Positions 11,401 through 22,700 of a stretch of 64,000 bases of DNA are shown here, one piece after another. The position numbers were made by a program, and so were the translations under genes. The notes under the pieces are model-generated. The model ran no database searches and was not told the DNA's origin. It was given only the letters and a program-made list of their open reading frames with translations. Position 1 is the stretch's first letter. Each line of letters opens with the position of its first letter. The stretch covers positions 69,506 through 133,505 of the forward strand of contig DF237182.1 of assembly GCA_000708835.1 (NCBI GenBank), written 5' to 3'. The stretch is from Klebsormidium nitens. Lineage: Eukaryota; Plantae; Klebsormidiophyceae.

Positions 11401-14400
11401 TTGAGCATCTGAGGCTTGGGGACGTTCAAGAATGGCCCTTAGAGAGGATGACCCTTAGAGGATTCGGGCACGTCGAGCTGGATTGTCAAACCTGGCGGCC
11501 TTATGCTTCTCAACCTCACTCGTTGGGAAGTTCAACTTCGTCGCGTCCAGATTGTTGGCATGTCAATGTCAATATCAGATTTTCGGACACCGGGCCCTTC
11601 GGGTGCATCGAAAGTACTGCACTTCGTGTTTGTGGGGGTCCAGGTGTTTTTAGAGTGGCATTGTGATTGAGCGTTCACATCAGCTGTCGTCGTGTTTGTC
11701 GATTGAGTCGACGATTCAGTGTCGTTCGGGCCGATTGTTCGAGTATTAGCCAAGATGAGATATCAACCGTTCTTTCAACAGTGAGTGTTCGGCTTTCAAC
11801 AAACAGTATAAGGGAAAAGCGACACGTTTCGTCTGGGCAGTTGGACACTCGACTTAGTTTTGAAACTTAGAGCCTCTGAATCCTCTTTTTGTTCTGTATG
11901 ATTGCGGATGGGGCTTCTCGGGAGCTGTATTCCAGGGAGACTGCAAAGCACGATTGAGCTTAATAACATGATTTTAAAGTGCCAGTAAGTGCCAGTGTGG
12001 TCTCAACTCTTCACAGAGGTTGAGAGAACGAAAGCCATCTACTTTGTCGGAAGTTCGAATCACGCAACGTTCCCTTTTTCAACGGTCGAGCAGGTGCTGA
12101 AATCATTCTATTCTTATGCAACTCCAGAGAATGTCCGAAGGATCGAGAAGGCGTGGGAGGTCGAGTTTCCTCCGGGTTTGAACCCGAACATCCGGTTCAT
12201 GGCCCACAACCGGGAGCCCCTCCGAGTCTCTCACCGGCCCCTCTTCCTCTATGCCTGGTCGCAAGCGGTGTCAGTACTCGTGGGGAACGCGTTTCGACTG
12301 ATGGGCTACCGAAGGTGAGTGCTGGGGCGACCGCGAAATTGGTATGCTACCTTTTTTTGGTCGCCGCGATGTGCGTGCCCTGAAAGGATTGCAAGGCAGA
12401 TTGGAGCGTCGAGGGCGGGGCAACGGCCACTTCCGTCATACGGTGTGGCCTACAATATTCCCTTCCTTTCTGGATGCGACCTTTTGTCTCCTCTTTAGCA
12501 ACGACATCCAAGTGTTTCGCTCCTGTTTCGAATAAGGTCCCTTCTCTTGGATGCTTGCTTGCATTATCTGGATGCCCTTCACAGCCTTATACCCGTCCCC
12601 TGCTTTTTTGTCTCCACGGATTCACATCTACGCTCCTTGAGAGTCCCTCTGTTACTATTTCAAACAGACTCTTTTCGACCCGTTCGTCCAGCCTTCATTG
12701 TGCAGAATTCAACTTTCGAAAAGTTACCACGTTTCTTCATTTCCTCACCAGGTCTCCAGTCTCTGCCTAGAAACCTTTTCGCCAAGCTCCGGCTACGGAG
12801 CATACGGGCCTTTCAGGCGGTAAAGACGTTTTGAATCTTCCCTCCAAAGCTCAATTTGTCCTCGACCCATATGAGAGTAACGAGTACAAAGTACGAAACG
12901 CTCGAGATGCTTCGCATCTTAGACACGAGGATGTTTAGTCAATGGCATCAGACAATTCAAAAGTTCTTTTCTCTCTATCTCCAGTCACACCGCGCAAGGT
13001 CTCCGTTACTGGTACCGCCCCCCCTCCGGGGATCACGGCCTGCAACCGAAGCTGTTCATCCACGGTCTGGGGATTGGTGTGACGCCGTACCTGCCGTTTG
13101 TGTCCGCACTTATGGCGGACCGTCGGCGGGCGTCCGTTGTCGTGGAGTTGGGCCACATAGCGATGCGGCTCAACCGGCGACCGCCCACTCTAGATGAAAC
13201 CGTGAGTTTTGGGCTCGCGTGTTTTGCTTTTCTTTTCGTGCGGAAAAATGACCGAACGGGGCGGTGGTTGATCTTTGTTGTGTCGATCTTGACAGCATGC
13301 GGCATCGCACCCGTTGCATTTCGAACGGAGCCGGCGCTGATGGCTTGGGTCTAGATGATGGTTTTCAAGTCTCTTGAGGTGACGAATCAAGAAAGCAACT
13401 GAGAGCTGAGACGGAAACCTCTTGATGTAGAAGGTTCACTGATCCGTGTTCTATTCACTTCCGTTGACGACCTTTTTTGAGCTCGGATTTGCTTAGCAGG
13501 CTCCAAACTTTCGCACTCTCGCCGGTTCCATGCTGATGCAACCAATCCTCGCATGCCAGGTGGCGGCTTTGGTGGGCATCCACGAGCGGCACAGCCTGCC
13601 CCCGGCGTGTTACGTGGCGCATTCTTACGGGACGATGGTGGTCGCGAAAGTGCTGCTGACGCAGCCGCAGCTCGTGGGGAGCACCGCTCTCGTGGACCCG
13701 GTCTGCTTTCTGCTGTGCCTCCCGGACGTGGTTTACAACTTCATCTACAGGTGGGTTACTGTGCCGGTTAGGCAGGGGCTTGATTGAGGACGTCGGGCGG
13801 TTCGGCCGGGTGTGTTTGTACCTGTATCTGAGATGGGTTGACAGGCGGGTTAGGCAGGGATTTGCTTTGCAACTTCAATTACAGGTGGGTTAACGGGGAG
13901 TCCGAGGGGGTAAATGGGACGCTGGAAGTTGACTCGTGCCGTGCTTTCCAGCTGGCGCGCTCGTATTGTCGCGCAAATTTGACGGCGGTACGTTATCTGA
14001 GTAGAATCAAGTGGGGGCGTTTGCACGAACACTTGCGCATCTGTACGTGGACAATGGATTGCATCTGAGTTTTCGCCGAGATGCTGACGTCATGATCTCG
14101 GTACAGGCCCCCCGAGGGCGACGATTTGCCGACGTACCTTGCGGACGCCTTCCGGTGGTACTTCTGCTCCCGGGAGCTGTACGTGGCCCAGGCGCTCTGC
14201 CGGGGCTTCGCCTGGTGAGCCGTCGATCCCGTCCGAATTGGTCCTTGCTTGAAGTTGCGCCGTCCGATTTGGTCCCCGAGCCGTCCAAGTGCGTCCGTAC
14301 TGGTCCCTGAGCTGTTCGAACCTGTTGGACTGGTTCTTGGGGCGTCGGAACAGCCGTCTGATTGCGGTTCTGGCTGGGATCATGTTGTCTAGATGGCTCC

Positions 14401-15507
14401 CAAGAATGTTTAGGAGTCGGATAGGACACGGAGTTCGAAAGTGGACGGAGATGTGAATGAGTTTCAAGTTCGTCCAACGGGTCGTGTTTGTCGTTCCGGA
14501 TAATTACGGATGAACTCCGGGTTAGCTTCAGGTTATGGTAGTGGCGATTGATTACCCATATGTCTGGTTAGGGGTAAGACGCAACACGGTCAATGTGCAT
14601 GGTATTCAGCACAGCAACCTCGACCGCCTTTAAGCACAGCAATAAAGTTCAGCACGGCAATCTCGGTTGCATTCACATGCTCTATATCAAGGTCGACTCT
14701 TGTACCGGCGCACTAGCGGAGTTTTTTGGATTCCGAGAAACTTGACGCAGTCTGCTGAAGAACTGTCTTTCGTTTCAACTTTTTAGTCATAGATTGCAAG
14801 CGGCGCCACTCTCACTTACTCTCTATGGCACGCACGTTGTTGTATCTTCCTTCGTTGTTCTTTTGTGGTGTCTTCGCCATGCCGCTTGTTTCATCCCAAC
14901 ATTTCCACTATCGCGACCTGTCGCTAACCCACACAATTTGTTTACGTATCCAGGCACAAGGTCATGGTGTGGCCGGACCAGCTACCAAAAAACCGGGTCG
15001 TCTTCCTTTCCGGCCGGGACCAGATTGTCCCCTCGAAAGAAGTCAAAATGTGAGCCCTTCTCCCTGTCGCTACTTGCAGTTCCGGGCTCATAATCATATT
15101 CTGACTTGCTCACGTAGCGACATATTGGGTTTTCCATGCATATGTGTTTGGGGTCAGTGGTTGGATCAGGATGTGCGGTCAAGAAGCAAGTGTTGTTGCC
15201 AAGGGCTCAGTTCTTGTGGGACAGAACCATGCGAAGAAAGCTGTTTGTCGTTGTGAGTTTGTCATATGAGAGTCTCCAGTTTTCAAAACTCAGTGTGCTA
15301 TTCACCAGTCCTTTGTCTTCGCTTTTGAATCTAGTCGGCTCTCACAGCTTCACCAACCGAGTCACGGTCCCTCGACCTGTTCACTGATGCAGGCAACTTG
15401 AGCGGAACGGCGTCAGGGTCATATGGAACGCGACAGCCCGACACGCTCATTTCATATTCAATTCAGAGGCTCAACGGGAGCTGCTAGAGGCGGTGGACTT
15501 TGACTAG
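8495..15507 (+). CDS. Membrane-anchored alpha/beta-hydrolase fold protein (putative lipase/esterase); start uncertain
   Basis: Exons near 9637-9749 (hydrophobic ILTTVAIYV...WCTLE), 10369-10487, 10950-11104, 12128-12314, 12984-13201, 13561-13750, 14108-14214, 14954-15049, 15393-15507 (TAG) join in frame. Motifs: LFIHGLGIG (oxyanion), AHSYG (nucleophile Ser), SGRDQIV (Asp), RHAHF (His). The first exon is either 8495-8907 or a 3-codon ATG exon at 9366-9373; both are phase-compatible. Confidence 0.85.
8932..9006. repeat. Degenerate tandem repeat, about 33-nt unit, about 2.3 copies
   Basis: gatatggag recurs at 8932, 8966 and 8998, with caa(a)gttgc.aggtt.agaaa between copies. Confidence 0.85.
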
Positions 15508-16854
15508 GTGCTGGTCTCTTAACTTTGTTCTGTACCTGCTCTGGAGCTAGGCCAGAGCTAACCTTGCTTTTCGAGACAATGTAAACACGTTGAAGCACGC
15601 GCCGACGGGGAGACACATGTAGCAATCTTATATAGCATAAGTTTCGAGAGTGTATCATAGCCACCGTTATGCAGTCAATGTAGTGTACGACAGGGTTGTC
15701 CAATTGTGAGTAAATAGGTAATATGCATAGATCCTTAACTAAAGACAGGCATGCTCGTTGTGGACGGTGGCTCGAAATTGGACTAAATACGTACATAGCT
15801 TATCATCTTCTACCTAACGCTTGCATTGCGCTCTGCATTTATGTGTGCACTTTTTGAGCTTGACTGGTGGCATGTAACCATGTTTGACGCGCATACATCG
15901 GGCCCCTCCTTTATGCAGTGAATCACGCACTCTGCAGCAGCCGCACGCTATACATACTAGGCGCCCAAGTAGCTTCGACGATAAAGAATCCTGAAAAGAT
16001 CCTATCTGATCGAAATTGGCGGGTCGAGGCGCTGGCTTGCCGCGCCTAGATAACTTGCGTGCAGCAGCCTTTATTTGTGGCGCATAGTCAAGAGCTAAGA
16101 GCTAGTGACATACGCGGTACTTAGCAGGTGCTTTGATGGATCACTACATGAGTAATGCTTCAAGTGTCCATGCATGCAGCCGCGCCATGGACGCGTGCAG
16201 AATCGATGTGTTATGTGGCACTATATAGCAGTAAGTTTGTACTACGCGTGGCCCTATTGCACCAAGCCTGAACGTACGTCCCATCGATAGGCAGCAATTG
16301 AGGGTCGATAAGTTTGTACGGCAGCTAGATCAATCACGTATACAAATAAGCAGACTCACAAGCACATGCGCATGATATGTACCATGTACAAGTACATAAG
16401 TGCATTGTCTGGCCGATGCTGCTCTCGAAGCCTAGTCACCACATTTAGACTACAACGCACGTACATGACCGTCGATGAGCGCGTGCTTGTGTATTTGTAT
16501 AGATCCTCGTCATGTGTGCACTCGTCGGGCTCAATCCAAAAACATGTCGAAACCTGATCGAATTGGATGAAGGGGCATCAGCTGCCAGGTTCTCTCCAGG
16601 ATCATCGGCCAAAAATTCGTTTTCAACATCTAGGATGTCAAGAAGTTGCATGAGCTGTTGCTCAAGATTTGTGCCTGAGAATCACACTGACCAGATTAGT
16701 GCTCCTATTGCACCCAACCACGCCGCAATTAATGAGTACAGCGGAGCTAAGCAGCAACTCGTTACTTTATGAGTAGCCCGTCATGCAAGGTCGCCAAAAG
16801 TCCACGGGCAGCAGGGGAGTAAGGTCCTCGGCAGCAACCTCAACAGCTAGGCGA

Positions 16855-19240
16855 TTATTTACACCCAACCTCAACGCGCGCATCCTCTCCGAGGGTGGGG
16901 TTCTTGCACAGGTTTTGCACGTCGATGTAGCCTAGAAGAGCATCCTCAAATGTGGCGCCCTCCAAGTTGGCGCCCACGTATGTGGCCCCGGAGAGGACAG
17001 TGTTTCTGAAGATGGCGCCCCTGAGGTCCGCCTTCTCGAAAGCAACACGGTCTACCACTGCGCTAGTAAAATCGGTTCCTGAACAAGAAACATTTGGTCA
17101 AAATGCGTTTTGAACCAAAAGTATTTCAAGGTGAGGGAGTCTCATGAAGATCCTTCAAATCAGAAGTACTCTATCAGCCTACTAGCTGCCACTAAGGTTT
17201 GAAAAGCTGACGACTTCTCTCGAATGCGGTATTCTCCATTAGAATGTGCTCCATAAGTTGCGGATGCACCCAATTCTGGTTGTGTAAAAGCGTTCTCCAG
17301 AGGCCAGCAGTTCGTTTGCTGCAAGCCACATGAGACGATCATGGTGGTATGATACTTGAAACATGGTTGAAACCAGAAGAAAGCAAAAGCCTGTTTTAGA
17401 ATCAGACGAAATCTTCACGAATACTTACCCTTGAAGCTAGCACCTACTGCATACGCCTTGGTCATGATTGACTCAGACAAATCCGCATTATCGAAGTTGG
17501 CCCCCGGCAGGAGCGCTGACGCCAGGACCTTCCCCTTGAGCTGCTCCTTCTCACCCGTGTAGACGCAGTTACGCAAGTCAAGCACTTTGTCAGACACACC
17601 GTTTGCCTGCAGTAGAAAGTGGTGTCGCTTACATATGCAGGAGAGCAGGTTGTCACCAGCCTCGTACAACAGACAAGATCGTAGCAGAAACTGTGACAGC
17701 AGGGTACTCAAAAGAAGCAGGTTAGCAAGGCGTTTTATCAATTCGACTGATGCCCTGAGCTAACAGAGTAGCTGTTGTGCGGGGAACAAAAGGTGGCTCT
17801 GGATAGTGGGTTTAGCTTGTCTTCCATTGTGCGACAGGAGACTTCCAGGAAATTTGGGATAAGCTCATGATATCCCCTCAGGATACCAAGTATCCCGGAT
17901 TGCAGTGTCCAGTGATTATATACAGCTGTCTAAGGGTGAGTAGAATTTCGATGTGTTCAGCTTCAAACATAAAGATGCAACTTGCCGAACAAGAGTCAAA
18001 GAATTTGCATCATTGGGGTTTGAGGTCAGGTCAAAAGGTGCCCTACCTGTCCAATGGTGTTGCCTACATACGCTCTCTCGCACCGGTTGGGGTCCGTCGA
18101 AAGGGGAGGAAGCCTGGCTCCTGATGAGCTCGCAGCTAAAGCCGGAACGGCAGCCCCCGCAAGAGTGAGGGCAGCGCAGGCGCCGCAGACCATCTGGCGG
18201 ACAGACTTTGACCACTGCTCAACCGACTGTGCTTCTGTGGACTTGGCTGCAAGAGGAAAGTCGTTCTAGGATCCAGCAGGACCGCTCTGCAAACCGTCTT
18301 CTGGAAAAAACTATGCCAACATCACGATGTGGAATGATGTGGATTATCCCGCTAGACTGTGCAACACGGTGGTTACGTCTGTTGCCAAAGGGGCCACAAA
18401 TCGAGTACGTTGAGATTGTCTGCAACATTCAGTGACAACTCAGAGGTCCCGTCAACCACAACAAACCCCATAAGCTGGAGCCAGCTGTCTGCCTTCTGTA
18501 TTGGCATATACGCCTCTTCCCATTGTGCACTGCAGCAATCTTGAAGTGCATCACAAAATACGTACGAACAAGAGGAATGCAGAAAGCATCATCCGGATCC
18601 CAAATCATAGATGCAAGCCTCCTTGTTTCAAAGTGATCGATGAGGTGTAGCAAAAGTGCAGGAAGCATCGATGGCTTGGTGGTGGTCAAAAGAAAAACAT
18701 AAGTGCACGAGTGACAAGTACGACAAGTTGAGTTTGGAGATATGCGAATAAGCATCAGACCTGAACTTGGACTCAGCACCATCAAAGCACAACTCCAGAT
18801 GTACAAGACATTCTTACAGACACCACCGGCAATTTCTTACTTTGTATGCCAGAATCAAATGTAACGAAAACTTCTCCAATCCGAGCCGGCATTGTGGTGC
18901 CACTTGTCGAGTAGACTTCGCAATGTTTCTAAGTGACTGCAACTCTACATGCAAGTGCTGGCAATAACCGCACTCAAACTGACGGCCCGAACAGACTTCG
19001 CAACACCAGATTCAACTTGGTGAATTGGTGAACTCAAAAGCCAGCAACACAAAAAAGGGCAATGCAGCAAGCCGTACCAGCGCTCCTCGCCAAGAAAGGT
19101 TGCTGACGCTTGATGAGAGGAGCGCTGCTTGGGCTCACAATCCTCTGGCCATTGAACTCCTTCCGGAAATTTGCCAGGCTGCCAACTCTCTGCTGCATTA
19201 GACCTGCAGCACTTCCTGTGACGCACGCACTGGACGCCAT
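16855..19240 (-). CDS. TL17: Thylakoid lumenal 17.4 kDa pentapeptide-repeat protein
   Basis: Four exons (19240-19078, about 18247-18046, about 17606-17427, about 17080-16855). Transit peptide and hydrophobic AAVPALA segment, then RLPPLSTDPNRCERAYVGNTIGQ|ANGVSDKVLDLRNC...pentapeptide repeats...LCKNPTLGEDARVEVGCK*, matching the recalled plant TL17 sequence including terminal Cys pairs. Confidence 0.93.
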
Positions 19241-19799
19241 CGCTGCCTCGTACTTTAGCACAGCCACACGACAGAGAAAGCCTCAACAGCGTCTTCTGCC
19301 TTTGGTCTTCAAATGCTGATGGCAATGCCGTCTCTCTCTCCTGTCCTGAATCCCCTCTTGACAATGAATGGTCGGAACGTGCCCTTCTCTGAAAGTTGGG
19401 AGTGCGCCGTGGGGGCTCACGAGTCGTGTGCTCCCTTAAACCCCCCAGTTCGAACCTCAGTCTCAGACCTTGGTGTCACGTTCCTTCCGGCGCCTTTTGA
19501 TTTGTATTTCTTGACACCTATGGAAGCTGACCGCGACCGGTTACGAGATAACCCTTGGAGAATCTCTAAAATGGGAAGCAGCTCTGCTGTGAATCAGAAA
19601 TGAACAAAATATCCAGCCTGATCCAGCCGCTCAAGCTCAGGGTAGAAGGAAGGAATGTTGCACTTTTGGCTTTTCAATCTGCTTGAATCCACAGCATTCG
19701 CATGGGAGGTAGCGCTTGATGAATGCATAGACGGTGCAGGGACACGTTGAAAGTCACCTGACAGGTTGCTCCAGCTGGGAGGAGTCATCAGCTCAAAGA
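19241..19799. promoter_or_regulatory. Putative bidirectional promoter between head-to-head TL17 and Ku80
   Basis: Inferred start codons are about 560 bp apart on opposite strands. No specific element identified. Confidence 0.45.
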
Positions 19800-22700
19800 A
19801 TGGGTTCTCGCAGCAAGGTCAGTGCGACATTTGAACATCATCTTTTGTTATCTTGATACAATTGCTTCTGACTGTGTCTCTGTTTGCAACGCAGCTTGGA
19901 TGTTACAGGACAGGAAGAGGAGTAGCGATCTTGGAACATGCATCATTTTGTGGTAGAGTGGTAGAGTGTCGACTCTGGTGGCCTCAATAAGGTTTGTGTG
20001 TTGCTGCAGGACACGACAGTGATCCTTCTCGATGTGAGCACATCGATGCACCCGCACCTCCAAGAAACGATCCGCTGCTTACAAGGTTATCTCCAACAAA
20101 AGGTGCAGCCACCACCACTAACTATAATTGGTTTTAAGATTGGTTGGAATAAGCTCAAGTCAGAATTCTGGAGCGGGTGGGCTTTAACGAGGCGGTTTAA
20201 AGTGGGTACGGGTGTGTAGCTTCACTTGTAGTATAACCTGAGCTCATCATGGATAATCTAGGGAACCATTCAAACATGTACCACCATATTGCCACATGCA
20301 ATGAAAAAGCAGAGTGGCAAGCGTAGCTGCAATCTGTCCAGATGTATGGCCTCTCTTACGTGTTTTTGCGACGCACCATCGTATAAGTGCGCACGTCAAA
20401 CACTGCTGCAACAAGTTGGCAGCCTTCAATTCGAAGTGTACAAGCTAAAGTAAAGATGCTTTGCTTTGTTGTTTCATCAATGGACGCCACTGCATTAGCA
20501 GTTGAGCCCCACACTTATGCCCACCTGTGATGTCGGATAACTCAAGGAACTTTGAAGGAAAGCTTTTTCCAGGTAAGGAAGTAATCTTCTACCGGAACCT
20601 TGACGTTCGCTCTCTGTGGCCCGCAGTTCCTTTCTGCGAGTGGTCAGAAGGATGAAGTGGGGCTTGTCCTGTTTGGCTGCGACTATACGGACAACGACCT
20701 GAATGAGCAGATGGGAGGATACGAGGGGGTGATTGTGGCGAACCCCATCCAGCCAGTCAACTTGAACTTTGTGAAGCAGCTGGACACTCTCCCCAAAGGA
20801 GATGGAACAGCTGACTGTATCCCCAGTATCAACAGCTTAGTTGACTGTTTGCTAAAGAATACTCAAGAGTCAGCACTTGTCATCAAGTGTACCATTGGAT
20901 TTCGATTCTGGTCCAAGCTGTCGTCAGAAGCATCTTGTATTGTATCTCGGTGCAGATAAGTTCAAGCGAAGAAAGCCTTTGTAGAAGTTTGTGTTTCATG
21001 TTCCCGGTTCTTGAACTTGACCCCAAACCAGTCCTCGATGCGGTGGTGGTTGGGTTGGGCCTCCTTATTGAGCGAGCGGGCGACAAAAAGCTTGCTGGCA
21101 AAAAGCGCCTGTGGCTACTCACGAATCTCGAGTCCCCAGTGAAAGAGCCGGCTGAAGGGACGATTGAGGAACAAGCAGCCACAATTGCAGGCAAGTGACG
21201 AAGCCAGAGATTTTACGTTATGCCTCCCTGACTGCCCCCCTGATAATCCCTTAAGCGTAGATAATGACTTCTTTTCCAAAGGTCTTCAACACAAATCATC
21301 TTTTGAAAGTAGTCGCTCTTTGCCAGGCTGTATGAGTTCATCTCGGGCCTGAGTTAGCCGGTTTCGGTGGAGGGTTCTTCACATTTCTGATGACATCCGT
21401 TGCTTGACAATCTGCGTATCCCACGTTGGCATCATTTGTCCCTAACACAGCCAATTCCCAGGGCCACAAACATGCTTTCCAACATCATTCTGACCGCATC
21501 TTTTTCACAATGTTTCGCGCTTTACTTACCGCTATATCTAGATGCAGCCGGAGTCGGCTGGCCTGATTAGCCAAACGACAGAGAGGTGAAAATCGTTTGC
21601 AGGCACAATGGTCGAGAAGGAGATCAGGTTAGAAGTCACGCGCATCCACTTCAAGCAAGAGGTGCAGACATCAACGAGCATCCAAAACGAGATTCTTCTT
21701 CGAAGGTTTGTTGGCGAAACCCACGGCCAGATACAGACGGTGTCAAGCGCACTAGCTCTAAGCGGCACACTGGCGACAGCAACACCAGCCAAAGCCCCAA
21801 CAACGACCTACAGAGGGCCCTTGGAGGTCACGCCGAATTTGAAAATCAACGTGAGCCATTTTGCGGTCATGGCATCTCGAGGTCACACGTCGAAGGTCTA
21901 GAGTGCTTTTTGCTTCTTGTGGAGTCTCTCCGACTACGTTAAGCTCAATATTAGAGACTCGAAGTTCGATTCAACTCGATCAGGTGGTTGTTCCGGAGGC
22001 GGCTGGTGCGTCTGTTTCTGGAGGTTGACTCTGGCACAAGTCACTCATAGAGGCGAACACTTTCGTTGACCTGAAAGAAGGGCCTGACAATAGACTACAA
22101 CAGTTGGTGCATAAGTCAAACGATTGTTCTTGCTGGCGACTCACTCGATGTTAAGGGCACTGGTGTATTGCGACTCTGCCGGAATGGACGTCAGAATGGA
22201 AGGTAACCGACGCTCGTACCAAGCAGGCAAATAAGACTAGAGTACTAATATCATCCGCCTGACTACAGATCTGGTGCTACAAGAAGACGGTCGAGGCGAA
22301 GCTCCCGTCGCTCAAGGGCTACTCGGACCGCGCCCCCGCGAGCGACCCCACCGCCCAGCACGAGATGGAGCGCATCACGGCGTATAAGAGCACGGCGGAT
22401 CCTGACAGAGAGGTGCCCCCGGCAGAGCATACGAAGGCGTACCGCTATGGCCCGCAATTCATTCCGGTGGATCAGCACGTAGAGGAGGGGCTGAAGTTTC
22501 GAGCGGACAAGGGGGTCAAGGTCATCGGGTTTACGCACTCCAAGCACGTCCCCAGGTAACGGGCTCTCCTCGTAATCGTTTTCTTTGTCCGTCTCTCGTT
22601 GTTGCTCCGACTTCAACGTTGTTTGGCCTCTCTATTGCTCGCGCAATTTCAGTTCCTCAGCGGGGGGGGCGTCTTCGGCTCGATTCTTCTGAGCGACCGC

